DNA of 64,000 bases from Mobula hypostoma (taxonomy: Eukaryota), in contig NC_086108.1 in assembly GCF_963921235.1 (NCBI RefSeq), positions 28,894,001 through 28,958,000 on the forward strand, read 5' to 3'. The position numbers and the translations under genes are program-made. The notes beneath the pieces are model-generated. The model was not told the origin of the DNA. It searched no databases and worked only from the letters and a program-made list of their open reading frames with translations. The number at the start of each line of letters is the position of its first letter. The first letter of the stretch is position 1. Shown one piece after another: positions 25,580-38,616 of the stretch.

Positions 25580-25897
25580 CGTATCGTTTCATATGACATG
25601 GGTGATCATAGTCTTTGACCATGATTGTTCTTGGCAAACTTATCTACAGATGTAGTTTGCCATTGCCTTCTTCCAGGCATGAGTGGTTGCATAACCAGGA
25701 CTTGTGATACGAACCAACTGCTCATACGACTATCCACCAGTCTTCCATGGCTTTATATGATCCAGATTTTTTTTTTGGGGGGGGAGGATCGGGTTAAGCA
25801 GGTGATAAACCTTGCCCAAGGGTGACCTTCAGGGTAGCGGAGGGATGGAGCACCGTACACCTCCTTTGGGAAATATGCATCTCCACCCCATCACCAA
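25580..25897 (-). mobile_element. RTE-related short non-autonomous element (SINE-like)
   Basis: Shares its head with 10020-10232. Contains gaagaaggcaatggcaaac, a motif typical of RTE/BovB-related SINEs. Confidence 0.6.
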
Positions 25898-26284
25898 TCT
25901 GACCATCCACTGCTGCTGATAACTTTATACTTCTATCAGGTCACTCTGCAGCCACCTTCACTCCAGGAAAAGCAAAACCAGGCTACCTAATGTATCCCCA
26001 GAACTAAAGAGACTGCCAATGCACTTACAATGCACTTAATGCTGTATTAAGTGCATTGGTGAGACCAAATTTGGGAGCAGTTCTTGCCACCTATCTACAG
26101 GAAAGGTATCAATAAGATTGAAAAAAATACAGAGAAAATTAACATGGATTTTGCTGGGACTTCAGAACCTGAGTTACAGGGAAGGTTAACAACAGGAATT
26201 CTGCAGATGCTGGAAATTCAAGCAACACACATCAATGTTGCTGGTGAACGCAGCAGGCCAGGCAGCATCTCTAGGAAGAGGTAC

Positions 26285-26320
26285 AGTCGACATTTCAGGC
26301 CTAGACCCTTCGTCAGGACT
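26285..26320 (-). ncRNA. Hammerhead motif with C->T in helix III
   Basis: Reverse complement is AGTCCTGACGAAGGGTCTAGGCCTGAAATGTCGACT. Confidence 0.65.
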
Positions 26321-26434
26321 AACTGAAGGGTCTCAGCCTGAAACGTCGACTGTACCTCTTCCGAGAGATACTGCCTGGCCTGCTTGGATCTCCCCCTCCC
26401 ACTTTCAAATCTCTTACTAACTCTTCCTTCAGTT

Positions 26435-26470
26435 AGTCCTGACGAAGGGTCTCGGCCTGAAACGTCGACT
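26435..26470 (+). ncRNA. Minimal type-I hammerhead ribozyme motif, intact core
   Basis: AGTC-CTGACGA-A-GGGT(CTCG)GCCT-GAAA-C-GTC-GACT; helix I is AGTC/GACT. Confidence 0.8.
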
Positions 26471-26716
26471 GTACCTCTTCCTAGAGATGCTGCCTGGCCT
26501 GCTGTGTTCACCAGCAACTTTGATGTGTGTTGCTTATAGGGAAGGTTGAATAGGCTAGGATTTCCTTCTCTGGAGCATAGGAAAATGAGTGGACATTTGA
26601 TAGAGATACGCAAAATTCTGAGTGATATAGATAGGGCAAATGCAAACAGGATTTTTCCATTAAGGTTTGGTAAAACTAGAGCAAGAGGCCTTAGGTTAAG
26701 TGTGAAAGCTGAAAAA

Positions 26717-27397
26717 GGAGGAGAAGATGGCGGCGTAACGGCAGTGCGTGTGGCCTTTCCGGTGATGACTATCTGTTATCTGTCGACTGTGCACAATTCT
26801 GATTTGATGGAGACGGACGTGAGAGTACGGAGGAACATCTGGAAAACTACAGAAATGCCCGTTTCACTGCCGCTGCTACTGTGTGGTAACCGGAATCTCT
26901 GGAGCAGAAGGCCCCGAAATCCTCGGCTTTGCTTGCTTCAGCGGCCGGGGCGAGGTCAAAGGCGCTCGGCAGAGGATGGCGCTCGGGAGGCTGTATCAGA
27001 AGGGTTGGTCGGCGGCTCGAAGTTTTCGGACGGATGGACTCAAAGTGTCGGCTGTGGTCGGCTGCTTCCAAGGCATCGGCAAGTTGACGGTGCCTGGAGG
27101 TTTATGACAGGGAGTTTCCCCCTTTCTGCCGCCTGCAATCGGGGACTCAGGAGTCGATCGACTCAGGGACTTTTAAGACTTTTATTTTTACCATGCCCAT
27201 GGTTTGTTCTTCATCAAATTATGGTATTGTCTTGCACTGCTGTAACTATATGTTATAATTATGTGGTTCTGTCAGTGTTAGTCTTTGGTTTGTCCTGTTT
27301 TCTGTGATATCACTCCGGAGAAACATTGTATCATTTCTTAATGCATGTATGCATTTCTAAATGACAATAAAAGAGGACTGAGTGTTTTCATAATCTA
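26717..27397 (+). mobile_element. Non-autonomous LINE-derived element (CpG-rich head starting AAGATGGCGGC, LINE-like 3' tail)
   Basis: Cleanly interrupts the CR1 fragment; tail tgcatttctaaatgacaataaa. Confidence 0.6.
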
Positions 27398-27939
27398 AAA
27401 TATTTAAGGGGAACCAGAGGGGGATCTTCACTCAGAGCGTGGTGAGAGTGTGGAATAATCTGCCAGAGAAAGTAGTGGATGTGGGTTCGATATCAACTTA
27501 TAAGAAATTTTTAGGTAAGTGTATGCACAGGAGGAGTATGGAGGGCTATGGTCCAGGTGTGGGCTGATGAGTAGGCAAAGTAACTGTACAGCGTGGCATG
27601 AAAGTCCTGAAGGGCCTCATTCTGTGCTGTGTTGCTTGGTTACTTTAAAATCTCTTCCATGCTGTCGTCAGCACAACCACAACCTTTTAGTGGTTAAAAT
27701 GGTTATAATTTAGCCATGCTTGTTGAATTGTGCTTTTAGATAGAAGAGAAGGGCTTAGGTTATACACTCAGTGAACAGAGCTAGTCATTCAATACACCTC
27801 TGCCTGGTCACGGGTCTGCTACCATTTTTATTTTGCACTGGAATATAAAGTTAACAAACATACTGAACTTGAGTGCTACCTTTATCGGGGTAACTAGGAA
27901 TCAGAATGGTCGGACACAGGCTGAACAGGCGGAGCAGAG

Positions 27940-29250
27940 TGATGATGGCGCTAAATGGCAACTCCTTTGCTTACATTTTCGGAAACAGCTCTATTTCCAT
28001 CTTTAATATCTCAATTCTTTTCCTTTCAGGGTTCTTTTGAAGACCCTGACCTGGAGTTACATGCTGACTACGGTTCTTTGCGGGAATGGGACCCGCTCTC
28101 GGGGTTTCATAACTGGCCGTTGTTCGGCACGCCAAGGGCTCAGCCTAAGAGTCTGGCTTGGCTTTGGAGGCCTAGGATCTTGGGACTCTGGAGATGAGCA
28201 GATCAAAGGTCGGTGTCGTGGCAGCAGATCCGTCTGTCATTGGGGAGCCGGAATATCTATGGCTGTGTGCCCAGACTCGAGATCTTTGGGCACAGAGCTT
28301 GAAAAAGTGACGAAACGGACTTTTAATATCATAAACCAACAAGTTGTTTGTTATGTCTCCGCGCTCGTTGTGAAATGGAGATACCGCTTTCTCCCTTAAT
28401 GGCGGAGGGGAGGAAGAGGAGGGGGGAGAGAGCGGGAGAGATACTGACTGTGGTATGTTGAATGCTGGGTGAACATTGCAGTCTTTGGGGTAACTGCAAG
28501 TCTGTGTCTTTACTGTTGTTTTGCTCATGCTTGAGTGCTTGGTGGCGGGTGCCGATGCTTTTATGGTGGGGGGGGAGGGGGGATTGTTGCTTGCTGCCAC
28601 TTACACTTGGGAGAGGGGAACCGGGGGGGACTTTGGGGTTCTAACATTTATCTGTCATTCATTCTTTGGGGCACTCCTCTGTTTTTATGGATGGTCACGA
28701 AGAAAAAGCATCAGGATGTATATTGTATACATTTCTCTGACATTAAATGTACCTTTGAAACGAATGGTGGGGTGCAGGCTCATGAGCACATCGAAGTGAC
28801 TGAACCCGATGTTTGGACAATGATTTAAGCACTGAGCTGAATCAGAAAAGTTGGGTACAGGCTGAACAGAGGCAGCAGGATCCAGGCCCCAGAACGTATC
28901 AGTGACTGAACCCGATGTTTGGACGAGGATTTAGGCACCAGGCCAGATTGAAAAGGTCAGGCTGCTGGGGCCCAAGGTGGAGGACGGGCCAGTTCAGCTC
29001 GCTGCTTGGGTCTGAGCTGAACTTTGGTCTGTCGACAGTCTCTCACTGTGGCTTCAGCTCAGAACACTGATTGCTTATGTTTATTGTTTGCATGATTTGT
29101 TGTTTTTATTCTCTCTGCACATTGGGTGTTTGACAGTCTTTTTTCAAAATGGGTTCTTGTTTTGTGGCTGCCTGTTAAGAGACGATTCTCCCAGTTGTAT
29201 AGTTATACATACTTCGATAATAAGTGTAGGTTCAACTTTTGAAGTTTGAG
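27940..29250 (+). mobile_element. Two nested or adjacent non-autonomous LINE-derived elements with Rex-like 3' tails
   Basis: GATGGCG head; tails ...ctgacattaaatgtacctttgaaac (28760) and ...tacttcgataataag (29225); internal repeat of about 105 bp at 28796 and 28902. Confidence 0.55.
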
Positions 29251-29669
29251 TCAGTTTTCTAAACCACAGTGGAGAGACTGAAAGATGAGTGTCACTTGGA
29301 CTAGGGATGTGTCAGGAATTATTTAAAGTTTATAACTATAACTCAAATGCAGAGGAAAGAGACTCCACACTTGTAAGTTTAATTTTGAGTGCCAAGTTTG
29401 TTTGGCTGTAATTAAAGACGTACATGGCATTAAAAATTTCAATTACAAGCTTGCAAGTACATATCACTCAAGTATAGACATTTTACACCCTTCCATCTGT
29501 TTTGATGCATGACATTCAGTGAAATACAGTTATAACGAAGGAAAAACAGATGAACTTGGATAACAGGTTTTCAATTACTCCACGTAACTATTCGCTTAGA
29601 GACATTGGAATCTCTTCCATTTTTGACCTCAAGTAGGAAAAGCAAGTCCATTCAATTAAATGAGAGAGA

Positions 29670-31065
29670 CAAATAAACTCTTCTCGGGCTTCCAGCTGGG
29701 CACAGGTATCAATTTTAACCGATGTTTCATTGATCAATACTTGCCATCTTCATCAGGAATGATGCCTGGGCATGTCTAGTCCAGTGGTATACATCTACCC
29801 CCGTCATCTGTCCCTGATTGGTTAGTCCTCATACAATCAGGTTTCCACTGTCCCACCTTGTTGATAATTGAATTCCAGTACTTTCTTAGAGTGAGACAAG
29901 TGCCTTTGTTAAAAGTCTTATCGTCTAGTTTTATTTCAATGGCTTCCTTCACCAGGCAGTCCCAAAAGCCATTGGTTCAGCACAGTAGTTTGGTGCCAAA
30001 GGTCAGTCCTATGGCCATTGTGAATACAATGTTCTGCTAGACAACTTCTCCTGGAAACCCAAACAGATACACATCCTGTGCTCCGTGATGCAGGTTTCCA
30101 CCACGTGCCCTGTCTGGCCAATATAGACTGCTCTGCATTCACAGAGAATCCTGTAAACGCCAGCTACCCTGAGTCGCAGGTCATCTTTGACCCGCATAAG
30201 CTGCAATTTGAGCTTTCTTATGGGTTTGTGGATGGTATTAATCCAGTACCTCTTCAGGATCCTGGTGATTCTCCCAGAAACCATGGAAATATAGGGAAGA
30301 CGGGCAGTAGCAACGGGTTCCTCCTCATTGTTAGGTTTCCTGGTTTTTCCGCTGGTCCTTGTAAGGGCCCCAATTGATTTCGTTCACCTTGTAGCCACTC
30401 TGTAGGAACGTTGTGCATAATCGTCTCATTTCTTCGTGGAGACCATCCAACTACTGAAATAATTTTGCACAGTTAATCAAAGTAGAAAGAACCACTCTAC
30501 CTGGGGAGGTGAGATGGTGATTGTCATTGCTAAGGAACAAGTCCATGTGAGTGGGCTTCCAATAGACGCCATGGCCGAGGCTGCCATCCGATTTCCATCA
30601 GACTACAATGACAAGGAATGGGAGGCAACCATTCTTCTCCATCTCCATTGTAATTGAATGTTTGCATGTATGCTGTTCAGGTGGTTGTGGAACAGCTAGG
30701 AGTGTCTGAAGGCTGAAGAAGCATTTGAGACGTAACAGTGATGAACTCAGTTCAGTGCCCTCTCCTCAAAGTCCTCCATGTAGAAATTAGCAATAGCCGG
30801 TGACAAGAATTTTAACAAAGTCGAAGGTTTCACTATAAGTACTGGAATTCAATTATAAACAAGATGGGACAGCAGAATCCTGATTAGATGAGGACTAACA
30901 AATCAGGAGGGATGGACAACGGGGGTAGATATAGATATGCCTAGGTATCGTCTCTAGGCAGAGTTAGTCATCGAAACTTCGGTTAAAATTGGTATCTGTA
31001 CCTGGCTGGAAACCCAAGAAGAGTTTATTTGTCACGTATGCCAGAGAAGCTCAAGATCCTTTTAC
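29670..31065 (-). mobile_element. Penelope-like element, second family (Poseidon-like GIY-YIG plus RT C-terminus) with an inverted pLTR arm
   Basis: GVYRILCECRAVYIGQTG in ORF 30009..30284. 29668-29900 is inverted relative to 30815-31033. Degenerate TSD aaatgagagaga/aaattagggaga. Decayed hammerhead CTGATGA...GAAACATC at 29719-29757 (-). Confidence 0.85.
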
Positions 31066-31129
31066 AAATTAGGGAGATCTGGCTACGTGGGAAAGCAGTA
31101 GAATTTTAAATTTTGCCATAAAATTGAAT

Positions 31130-31410
31130 TAATTTATTTATTGAGACACAATGCAGAGGAGGCCCTTCCAGTCCTTTGAGCCGCGCTGCCCAGCAACCCC
31201 CGGTTTAACCCTAGCCTAATTATAGGACAATTTACAATGACCAATCAACCTACCAACCGGTACATCATTGGACTGTGGGAGGAAACCGGAACACCTGGAG
31301 GAAGATACATGGGGTCACAGTGAGAACGTACAGACTCCTTACAGACGGCGGTGGGAATTGAACCTGGATTGCTGATACTGTAAAGCGTTGTGCTAACCAC
31401 TACGCTAACG
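31130..31410 (-). mobile_element. V-SINE, near full length
   Basis: tRNA-like head (tagcgtagtggttagcac, ggttcaattcc), V-domain and (aaat)n tail. Confidence 0.85.
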
Positions 31411-31999
31411 TTTCGCAGTGAGAAACACTTTCCCATGGCAGAGGGTGTAGGTGTAAGGCAACAAAGGGAAGATTTAGAGGGGGCTGAGAGAGAATAATTT
31501 TGTAGCTTCCTTCATTATTTTTAAATGTTATTACATTTAACTTTGTGCTTTGAGCATTTCATTTTGAATCTTTTATTTAAGACAGTCAATGAACTGAGTA
31601 TTTACTCAATAGTTTTTGAATGTTTCGAACAGTTTCAGCAGCTGGCTAAGCAAGTAGTGCAGCTTACCCTGCTGTCACAATTCTTTTGCTCACCTATTAT
31701 TTTGAGTGAGATTGGTATTAGTAGCTGAAATAATACCCATGTCAGAATGGCTTCATGGAATTCTTAGTCTTCAAACAAAGAATGAATTCACAACGGAGGA
31801 TCCACAAAACATAAATTCATACTTTTCATATCTGTGATAAGAATGGGCAGTTAACGGCTAGCCCAATGGAGCCTCTGGCCTTGTCCGCTGATTCAGCAGG
31901 GAGCAGCTGGCGGAAGCATTTGCAGACAACTTTCACCTCTCACTATTCAAATCGGAGATTCTCATTTGCTTTAAGATGACCAGTATCATCTGGTGGCAA

Positions 32000-33300
32000 A
32001 GAAAAAAAATGTCTCATTGACTATGAGCTGATGTCTCTGACAACCAGCATTTTGGAGTGCTTCAGCAGTAGGTCATGGCACACATTATCTGCAGCCTCCC
32101 AGACATCATCAACCCATTGCAATTTGCCTACCACTGAAACAGGTCCACAGCAGACACAGTCTTCCTGACCTATACCAATTTCCAGAACATCTGGATAACA
32201 GAGATACTCATGTCAGACTCCTTTTTATTGGCTACAGCTCTGCCTTTAATATTATAATTCTAAACAAACTCTCCTCCAAGCTTCCCCCTAGAACTCTGCA
32301 TCTCTCTCTCTCTCTCTCTGAGTTGTCCTTGACTTCCTGATGAAAAGACCACAATCAGTAAGTACAGGCAGCTCCAGCACAATTATCCTCAATACTGTCA
32401 CCTTACAAAGCTGCGTCCTAGGCCCTTTACAGTGCTCCCTATAAGTTTAGGGCTGTGTGGCTGGAGTTCACTCTAACTCCATTTACAAGATTGCAGATGG
32501 CAGCACTCTACTTGGCTATAGGTTCTTCAGTTTCCTGGGTTTAAATATCACCAATAAATAGTCCTGTTTCAACCACGTAGACACTGTTCCAACCATATAG
32601 ACACAAGGGTCAAGAAAGCACACTAGCATATCTGCTTCCTCAGAAGGCTATGGAAATTCATGGGTCCTCAATGAACCTCACCATTTTTTTCTAAAGCAGA
32701 TGCAATATAGAATGCACAGTAGGAAGCATCTATCCATATACTTTAGAGCATGGGTTCCCAACCTGGAGTCCATCGACCCCTCGGTTAATGGTAGGGATCC
32801 ATGGCATAAAAAGGTTGGGAACACCGGCATTAAAACTTGGTATAGAAATTCTCTGCCTAAGATTGCAAGAGATTGCAGACAGTTGTAAACGCAGCCCAGT
32901 TCATCATGAAAATTAACCACCTCTCCACTTACTCTGCCTTGGAAAGCAGCCAACCTCGTCACTGACTCCTCGAACACCCCTCCCTCCAGTCATTCTCCCT
33001 TCCATCAGGCAAAGGACATGTAAGTCTGTATATACATATCACCAGACTCAAGGACAACTTCTATACCACCGTTGTATGATGAAGACAAACTCGATCTCTC
33101 AGTCTCCTTCATCGTAATCCTGTCACTTTACTTATCCAGCTGCACTGCACTTCCTCTGAAAGTGTAACACCATATCATGCATTGTTTGCTTCCTGTACAT
33201 CTTTGATCTACTTATCTATGGGACGGTCTGTCTGGAAGGCATGCAGGCAAAAGCTTTCCACTGCATCTCAGTACATGTGACTATAATAAACTAATTGGCA
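32000..33300 (+). mobile_element. Highly degenerate Rex1/Babar-type LINE with a nested MITE (32749-32827)
   Basis: Remnants parallel 6960-8100 (ccattgcaatttgcctac, ctacagctctgcctttaat, ttgcagatg, cttccatcaggc). Confidence 0.6.
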
Positions 33301-34744
33301 TTCTTTCTGACATGTTCACTTTAAAAGCTACTGCAGCAGCTGTAATACTGTCCTGGGTAGCAAGAGGGTTAATTGTAAAACTATCTTGATGTTTTTTTAA
33401 TGTATGTGATAAATAACTGGCAATATAATATCCCAATATGGTTATATCTATAATTAAACCATAACCAGTGGTGCTACATCCTTCTGGAAAGTTAGTTATA
33501 AAATAGAACTACCAACTGACCTCTACAGATTCATGAAAAAAGGCAGGATATGTTGACTCATGTACCTAGAAACAAGTTCATAAGGCTGAGTCAGACACAC
33601 AGCTTATGCAGAAGCAAGTCTCTACAAACATTCAGACATACACAGTCAGGCAGCTCCCATTTCGTTCAAATTTGAATCAGCCAGGCGGATGCTGGCACCG
33701 TTATCTCTTTTTTTATGATTTTCCACTTTTCTTTTATATCTTCCACAACTTTTAAGAATCTTCCAAAAGAACTTCTTTCAATGACTAATGGATTTCTTCT
33801 TGGAATGGAATTACAAAAAAAAGGCAAAACCAATACTTGGTCCAACAGGAAGAGCTCTATCATTGCCTACTACTAAACCTGTCACTGTTGAATAACTCAA
33901 TTGTTACAGGGTGAATCACTAACTGCTTTGTTTTTGAAAAGAATGATATATAATTCAAGATACAGAAAGCCTCATGCGCAACACCACTTACCAAACCCAT
34001 ATACGTATTGGGGTCAACAGATTCTAAAAGATCCAGCCTCCCCAGCATTCAGGATGTCTTCAAGGAGTGATCCATCGTTATGAACCCCCATCACCGAGAA
34101 CATGCTCTCTTCTCATTGCTACCATCAGGAAGAGGTACAGGAGACTGAAGGCACACACTCAGCAATTCAGAAATAGCCTTCTCTCCTCTGCCACTGGATT
34201 TATGAATGGGTGCTCATTACTTTTTTCTCTTTTTGCACTATTTATTTAATTTAACTTTTTAAATACATATTCTTTATGTAATTTAGTTCTTATTAGGTAT
34301 TGCAATGTACCACAGCACAACAACAAATTTGCAAGCGATATTAAATCTGATTCCGATGTCTCCCCACTCCATCCCAATTTTAACTAATGTAGCCATCTAT
34401 CTAAAAGATGTTTTTCATAAGTATATTAACAGCTTAGTTGGCTGAGTGAAAACTTCGAACTAAAAACTTATGCAGACACGGACTGAGATCTTATATTTCC
34501 TATATTTAGAAAACATATACCTACCTCAAAGTTAAGCTGTTAGGAGTACTTAAAGAGAAGCAAAACTTTTCAGGCTTTCAAAGTGTTCATACCCTTACTG
34601 CAGAGAGAAAAGAGTTTTTCATGGACTCTTATTTTAATTCAATTGCTTTTATCAAACTAAACCAATTTTTTTAAATATACACAACAAAAAGAAAATCGCC
34701 ACATTAGAAAAATCAATTCCTACTACTGCAGGATGTAAGACTGT

Positions 34745-37700
34745 AAAACCATAAGACATAGGAGCAGAATTAGGCCATTTGGCCCATCGAATCTGCTCTG
34801 TCATTCAATCATGGCTGATTCTCCTTTTCCCTCCTCGACCTTCTCCAGATAATTTTTGATGCCTTGTCCAATCAAGAAGCTTTCAAGCTCTGCCTTAAAT
34901 ACACCCAACAACCTGGCCTCCACAGCTGCCAGTATAATAAATTCCACAAACTCCTATCCTCTGGCTAAAGAAATTTCTCCGCATCTCTATTTTAAATGGC
35001 CGCTCCTCTATCCTGAGGCTGTGCCTTCTTGTCCTAGACCACCCCACCATGGGAAATGTCCTTTTCATATCTACACTGTCTAGGCCTTTCAACATTCAAA
35101 AAGTTTCAATGAGATTCCCCCCTTCATCCTTCTAAATTCCAGTGAGTACAGACCCAGAGCCATCAAATGTTCCTCGCATGATAACTCTTTCATTCCCAGA
35201 ATCATCCTTGTAAACCTCCTCTGAACCCTCTCCAGTGCTAGCGCACCTTTTCTTAGATGAAGAGTCTAAAATTGTTCACAATACTCAAGGCGAGGCCTCA
35301 CCAGTGCCTTATAAAGCCTCAGCATCATATCCCTGCTCTTGCGTTCTAGACCTCTTGAAATGAATGCTAACATTGCATTTGCCTTCCTCACCACAGATTC
35401 TACCTGCAAGTTAAACTTTAGGGCATTCTGCACAAGGACTCCCTTTGCATCTTAGATTTTTGGACATTGTATTTCATTTGCCACTCTCTTGCCCATTCTC
35501 CTAATCTGTCCAAGTCCTCTGCAGCCTACCCGTTTCCTCAGCACTACCTGCCCCTCCATCAATCTTCATATCATCTGCAAACTTTGGCAAAAAGTTTCTA
35601 TTCCATCGTCTAAGTCATTGATATACAGCATAAAAAGCAGTCCCAACTCCAACCGCTGTAGAACATCACTTGTCATTGGCAGCCAACCAGAAAAGGATCC
35701 TTTTATTCCTACCCGCTGCCTCTTAAACAGCCCATGCTCTAAACATGCCTGTAACTTTCCTCTAATATCATGGGCTCTCAGCTTGGTAAGCAGCCTCATC
35801 TGTGACACCTTGTCAAAGGCCTTCTGAAAGTCCAAATGGACAACATCCACTGCATCCCCTTTATCTATCCTACTTGTAATTTCCTCAAATTCCAAAAGGT
35901 TCATCAGGCAAGATTTTCCCTGGAGGAAACCATGCTGACTTTGTCCTATCTTGTCCTGTGTCACCAAGTACTCCATCACCTCATTCTTAAAAATTCACTC
36001 CAACATCTTCCCAACCACTGAGGTCAGGCAAACTGGTCTACAATTTCCTTTCTGCTGGCTTCCTCCTTTCTAAAAGAGTGGAGTGACATTTGCAATTTTC
36101 CAGTCCGCTGGCACCATTCCAGAGTTCAATGAATTTTGAAAGATCATTACTAATGCCTCCACAATCTCCACCATTACCTCTTTCAGAAACTAAGGGCGCA
36201 GTTCATCTGGTCTTGGTGACTTATGTACTCTTAGGTCTTTCAGCTTTTTGAATACCTTCTCCCTTGTAACTGCACTCACTCCGCTTCCCTCACACCCTTC
36301 AACATCTGGCACACTGCCAGTGTCTTCCATAGCGAAAACTGATGCAAAATACTCATTTACTTCATCTGCTATCTCCTTGTCCCTCATTATAATTTCTCCA
36401 TTTTGCCAAGTGGTCTTATATCCACACTCATTTTATTTTTTACATACTTGAAAAAACTTTTACTATCCACTTTGATATTATTTGTTAGCTTGCTTTTGCA
36501 TTTCACCTTTTCCCTTATGATTCTTCTGGTTGCTCTCTGTAAGGTTTTAAAAGCTTCCCAATCCTGTCTTCCCATTAATTCTTACTTTGCTATATGCCCT
36601 CTCTTTTGCTTTTACATTAGCTTTGACTTTTCTTGTCAACCATGGCTCTACTATTTTGCCATTTGAGTTTTTTTTTTGTTTTGGAATATATCTATCCTGC
36701 ATCTTTCTCATTTTCCCAGAAACTCACACCATTGCTGCTCTTCTGTCATCCCTGCCAACATCTCATTCCAATTTATTTGGCCAACTCCTCTCTCATACCA
36801 CTGTAATTTCCTTTACACTATTGAAATACCGCCTCATCAGACTTTACTTCCTCCCTATCAAATTTCAAGTTGAACTCAATCTTATTGTGATCACTGCCTC
36901 CTAAGGGTTATTTTACCTTAAGTTTCCTAATCACCTCCGGTTCATTACATAACACCTAATCCAGTATAGCTGATCCCCTAGTAGGCTCAACAACCAACTT
37001 CTAAAAAGCCATCTCGCAGGCATTCAACAAACTCACTCTTGAGATCCATTTCCAATTTGATTTTCACAATCGACCTGCGTGTTGAAATCTCCCATGACAG
37101 TCATAACATTGCCCTTTTGACACGTCTTTTCTATTTCCAGTGTAATCTGTGGTCCACATCCCAGCTACGGTTGGGAGGCCTGTATATAACTACCATCAGG
37201 GTTCTTTTACCTGTGCACTTCCTACACTCAACCCACAAGGATTCAACATCTTCCGATCCTATGTCACATCTTTCTACTGATTTGATGCCATTCTTTATCA
37301 GCAGAGCCATACCAACCCCCCTCTACCTATCTTCCTATCCCTCCGATACGTGCAACCTTAGACATTTAGCTCCCAACTACAACCATCCTTCAGCCACAAT
37401 TCAGTGATGGTCACAACATCATACCTGACAATCCGTAATATTGCAACAAGATCATCCACCTTATTTCTTATATTGCGAGCATTAAGATATAGCACTTTGA
37501 GTGCTGTATTTGCTACCCTTCTTGATTCTGCACCCCTAATAGAAACATAGAAAATAGGTGCAGGAGTAGGCCATTCGGCCCTTCGAGACTGCACCGCCAT
37601 TCAGTATGATCATGGCTGATCATCCAACTCAGAACCCTGTACCTGCCTTCTCTCCATACCCCCTTGCACCGATGCTCAGCCTGCTGGCTGCACTTATGTC

Positions 37701-38372
37701 CTATCACCTACCTTTGCCCTTCCTGACAGTTTGACTGCACACTATCTTTGCTTTTTCACCTTCCATCCTATTCTGAGTCCCTTCACTCTAGTTCCTACAA
37801 CCCTGCCAAATTATTTTAATCCACCCACTCCCAACAGCTCTGACCTATCTGCCAGCGAGAACACTGGTTCCCCTTGGGTTCAGGTGCAATCTGTCACTTT
37901 TGAACAGGTCATACCTCCCCCAGAAGAGATCCCAATGATCCAAGAACTATTGAGTCCCCTAACACTACCGCTCCCCTCTTCTCCCTCCTGCACCACAGAC
38001 CCATGCTCAGTGCCAGTAACCTGGTCTTTGCGGCATTCCCCTGGGAGGTCAACCCCCACAACAATATCCAAAACGGTATACTTATTATTGAGGGAAATGG
38101 CCACAGGGGTGCTCTGCTCTAACATATACATTTACATTTCTCCTGACAGTTCACACAGCTACTCGCCTCCTGCAACTTCGGGGTGACTACTTCCCTGCAA
38201 CTCCAATTGATGATCTCCTCACTCTCCCGTTCAAGCCAAAGGACATCCAGTTGCTACTCCAGATCCCTAATATGGTCTTCAAGAAGCGGCAGGCAGATGC
38301 ACTTCGCACAGATGTAGCTCCACGGGAAGAGACTGGGTCTCCCAGAACTCTACCATCCGGCATGAAGAACAC
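34745..38372 (-). mobile_element. Near full-length but degenerate CR1 LINE (ORF1 and ORF2 remnants)
   Basis: LNARNIRNKVDDL, QHGFLQGKSCLMNLLEFE, LDFQKAFDKV and ORF1 VAISLNNKYTVL motifs; short-repeat 3' tail at about 34745. Confidence 0.9.
37539..37665 (-). mobile_element. Short 3' end of the young CR1 subfamily inserted into the older CR1
   Basis: Near-identical to 52980-53105 (catagaaaataggtgcaggagtaggcc...). Confidence 0.75.
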
Positions 38373-38616
38373 ACAACAGCCATTTACTGCACAGGTACAG
38401 TAAGAGAAACAGACATGTACTCAAGTTCAAACCAAAAAATTTAAACCTAAAACAGAGTCAGAGAGATATATACAACATTGAGACTACATTGACCAGCAGG
38501 CTATATTTTGTTGTCCTCTGTACGCTTGGGCATACATTGATTCTGTTATGGTTATTATTCTGTAGATTTATTATGTCCACAAGAAAATAAATCTCAGAAT
38601 TGTATATAGTGACATA

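Larger units (their letters stand above)
26188..26533 (-). mobile_element. Penelope-derived fold-back element with three hammerhead-region copies
   Basis: TSD ttacagggaaggtt (26174-87) / ttatagggaaggtt (26534-47); inverted pLTR arms. Confidence 0.85.
26040..27645 (+). mobile_element. CR1 3' fragment interrupted by two younger insertions
   Basis: RLGFPSLEHRKMSGHLIEIRKILSDIDR; the sequence resumes at 27398 with aaatatttaaggggaac...cttcactcagagcgtggtgagagtgtggaat. Confidence 0.75.

Noticed and set aside
26546..27307. 253-aa plus-strand ORF as a host gene
   Set aside because: It is a chimera of a CR1 C-terminal scrap read into an inserted GC-rich non-autonomous element.
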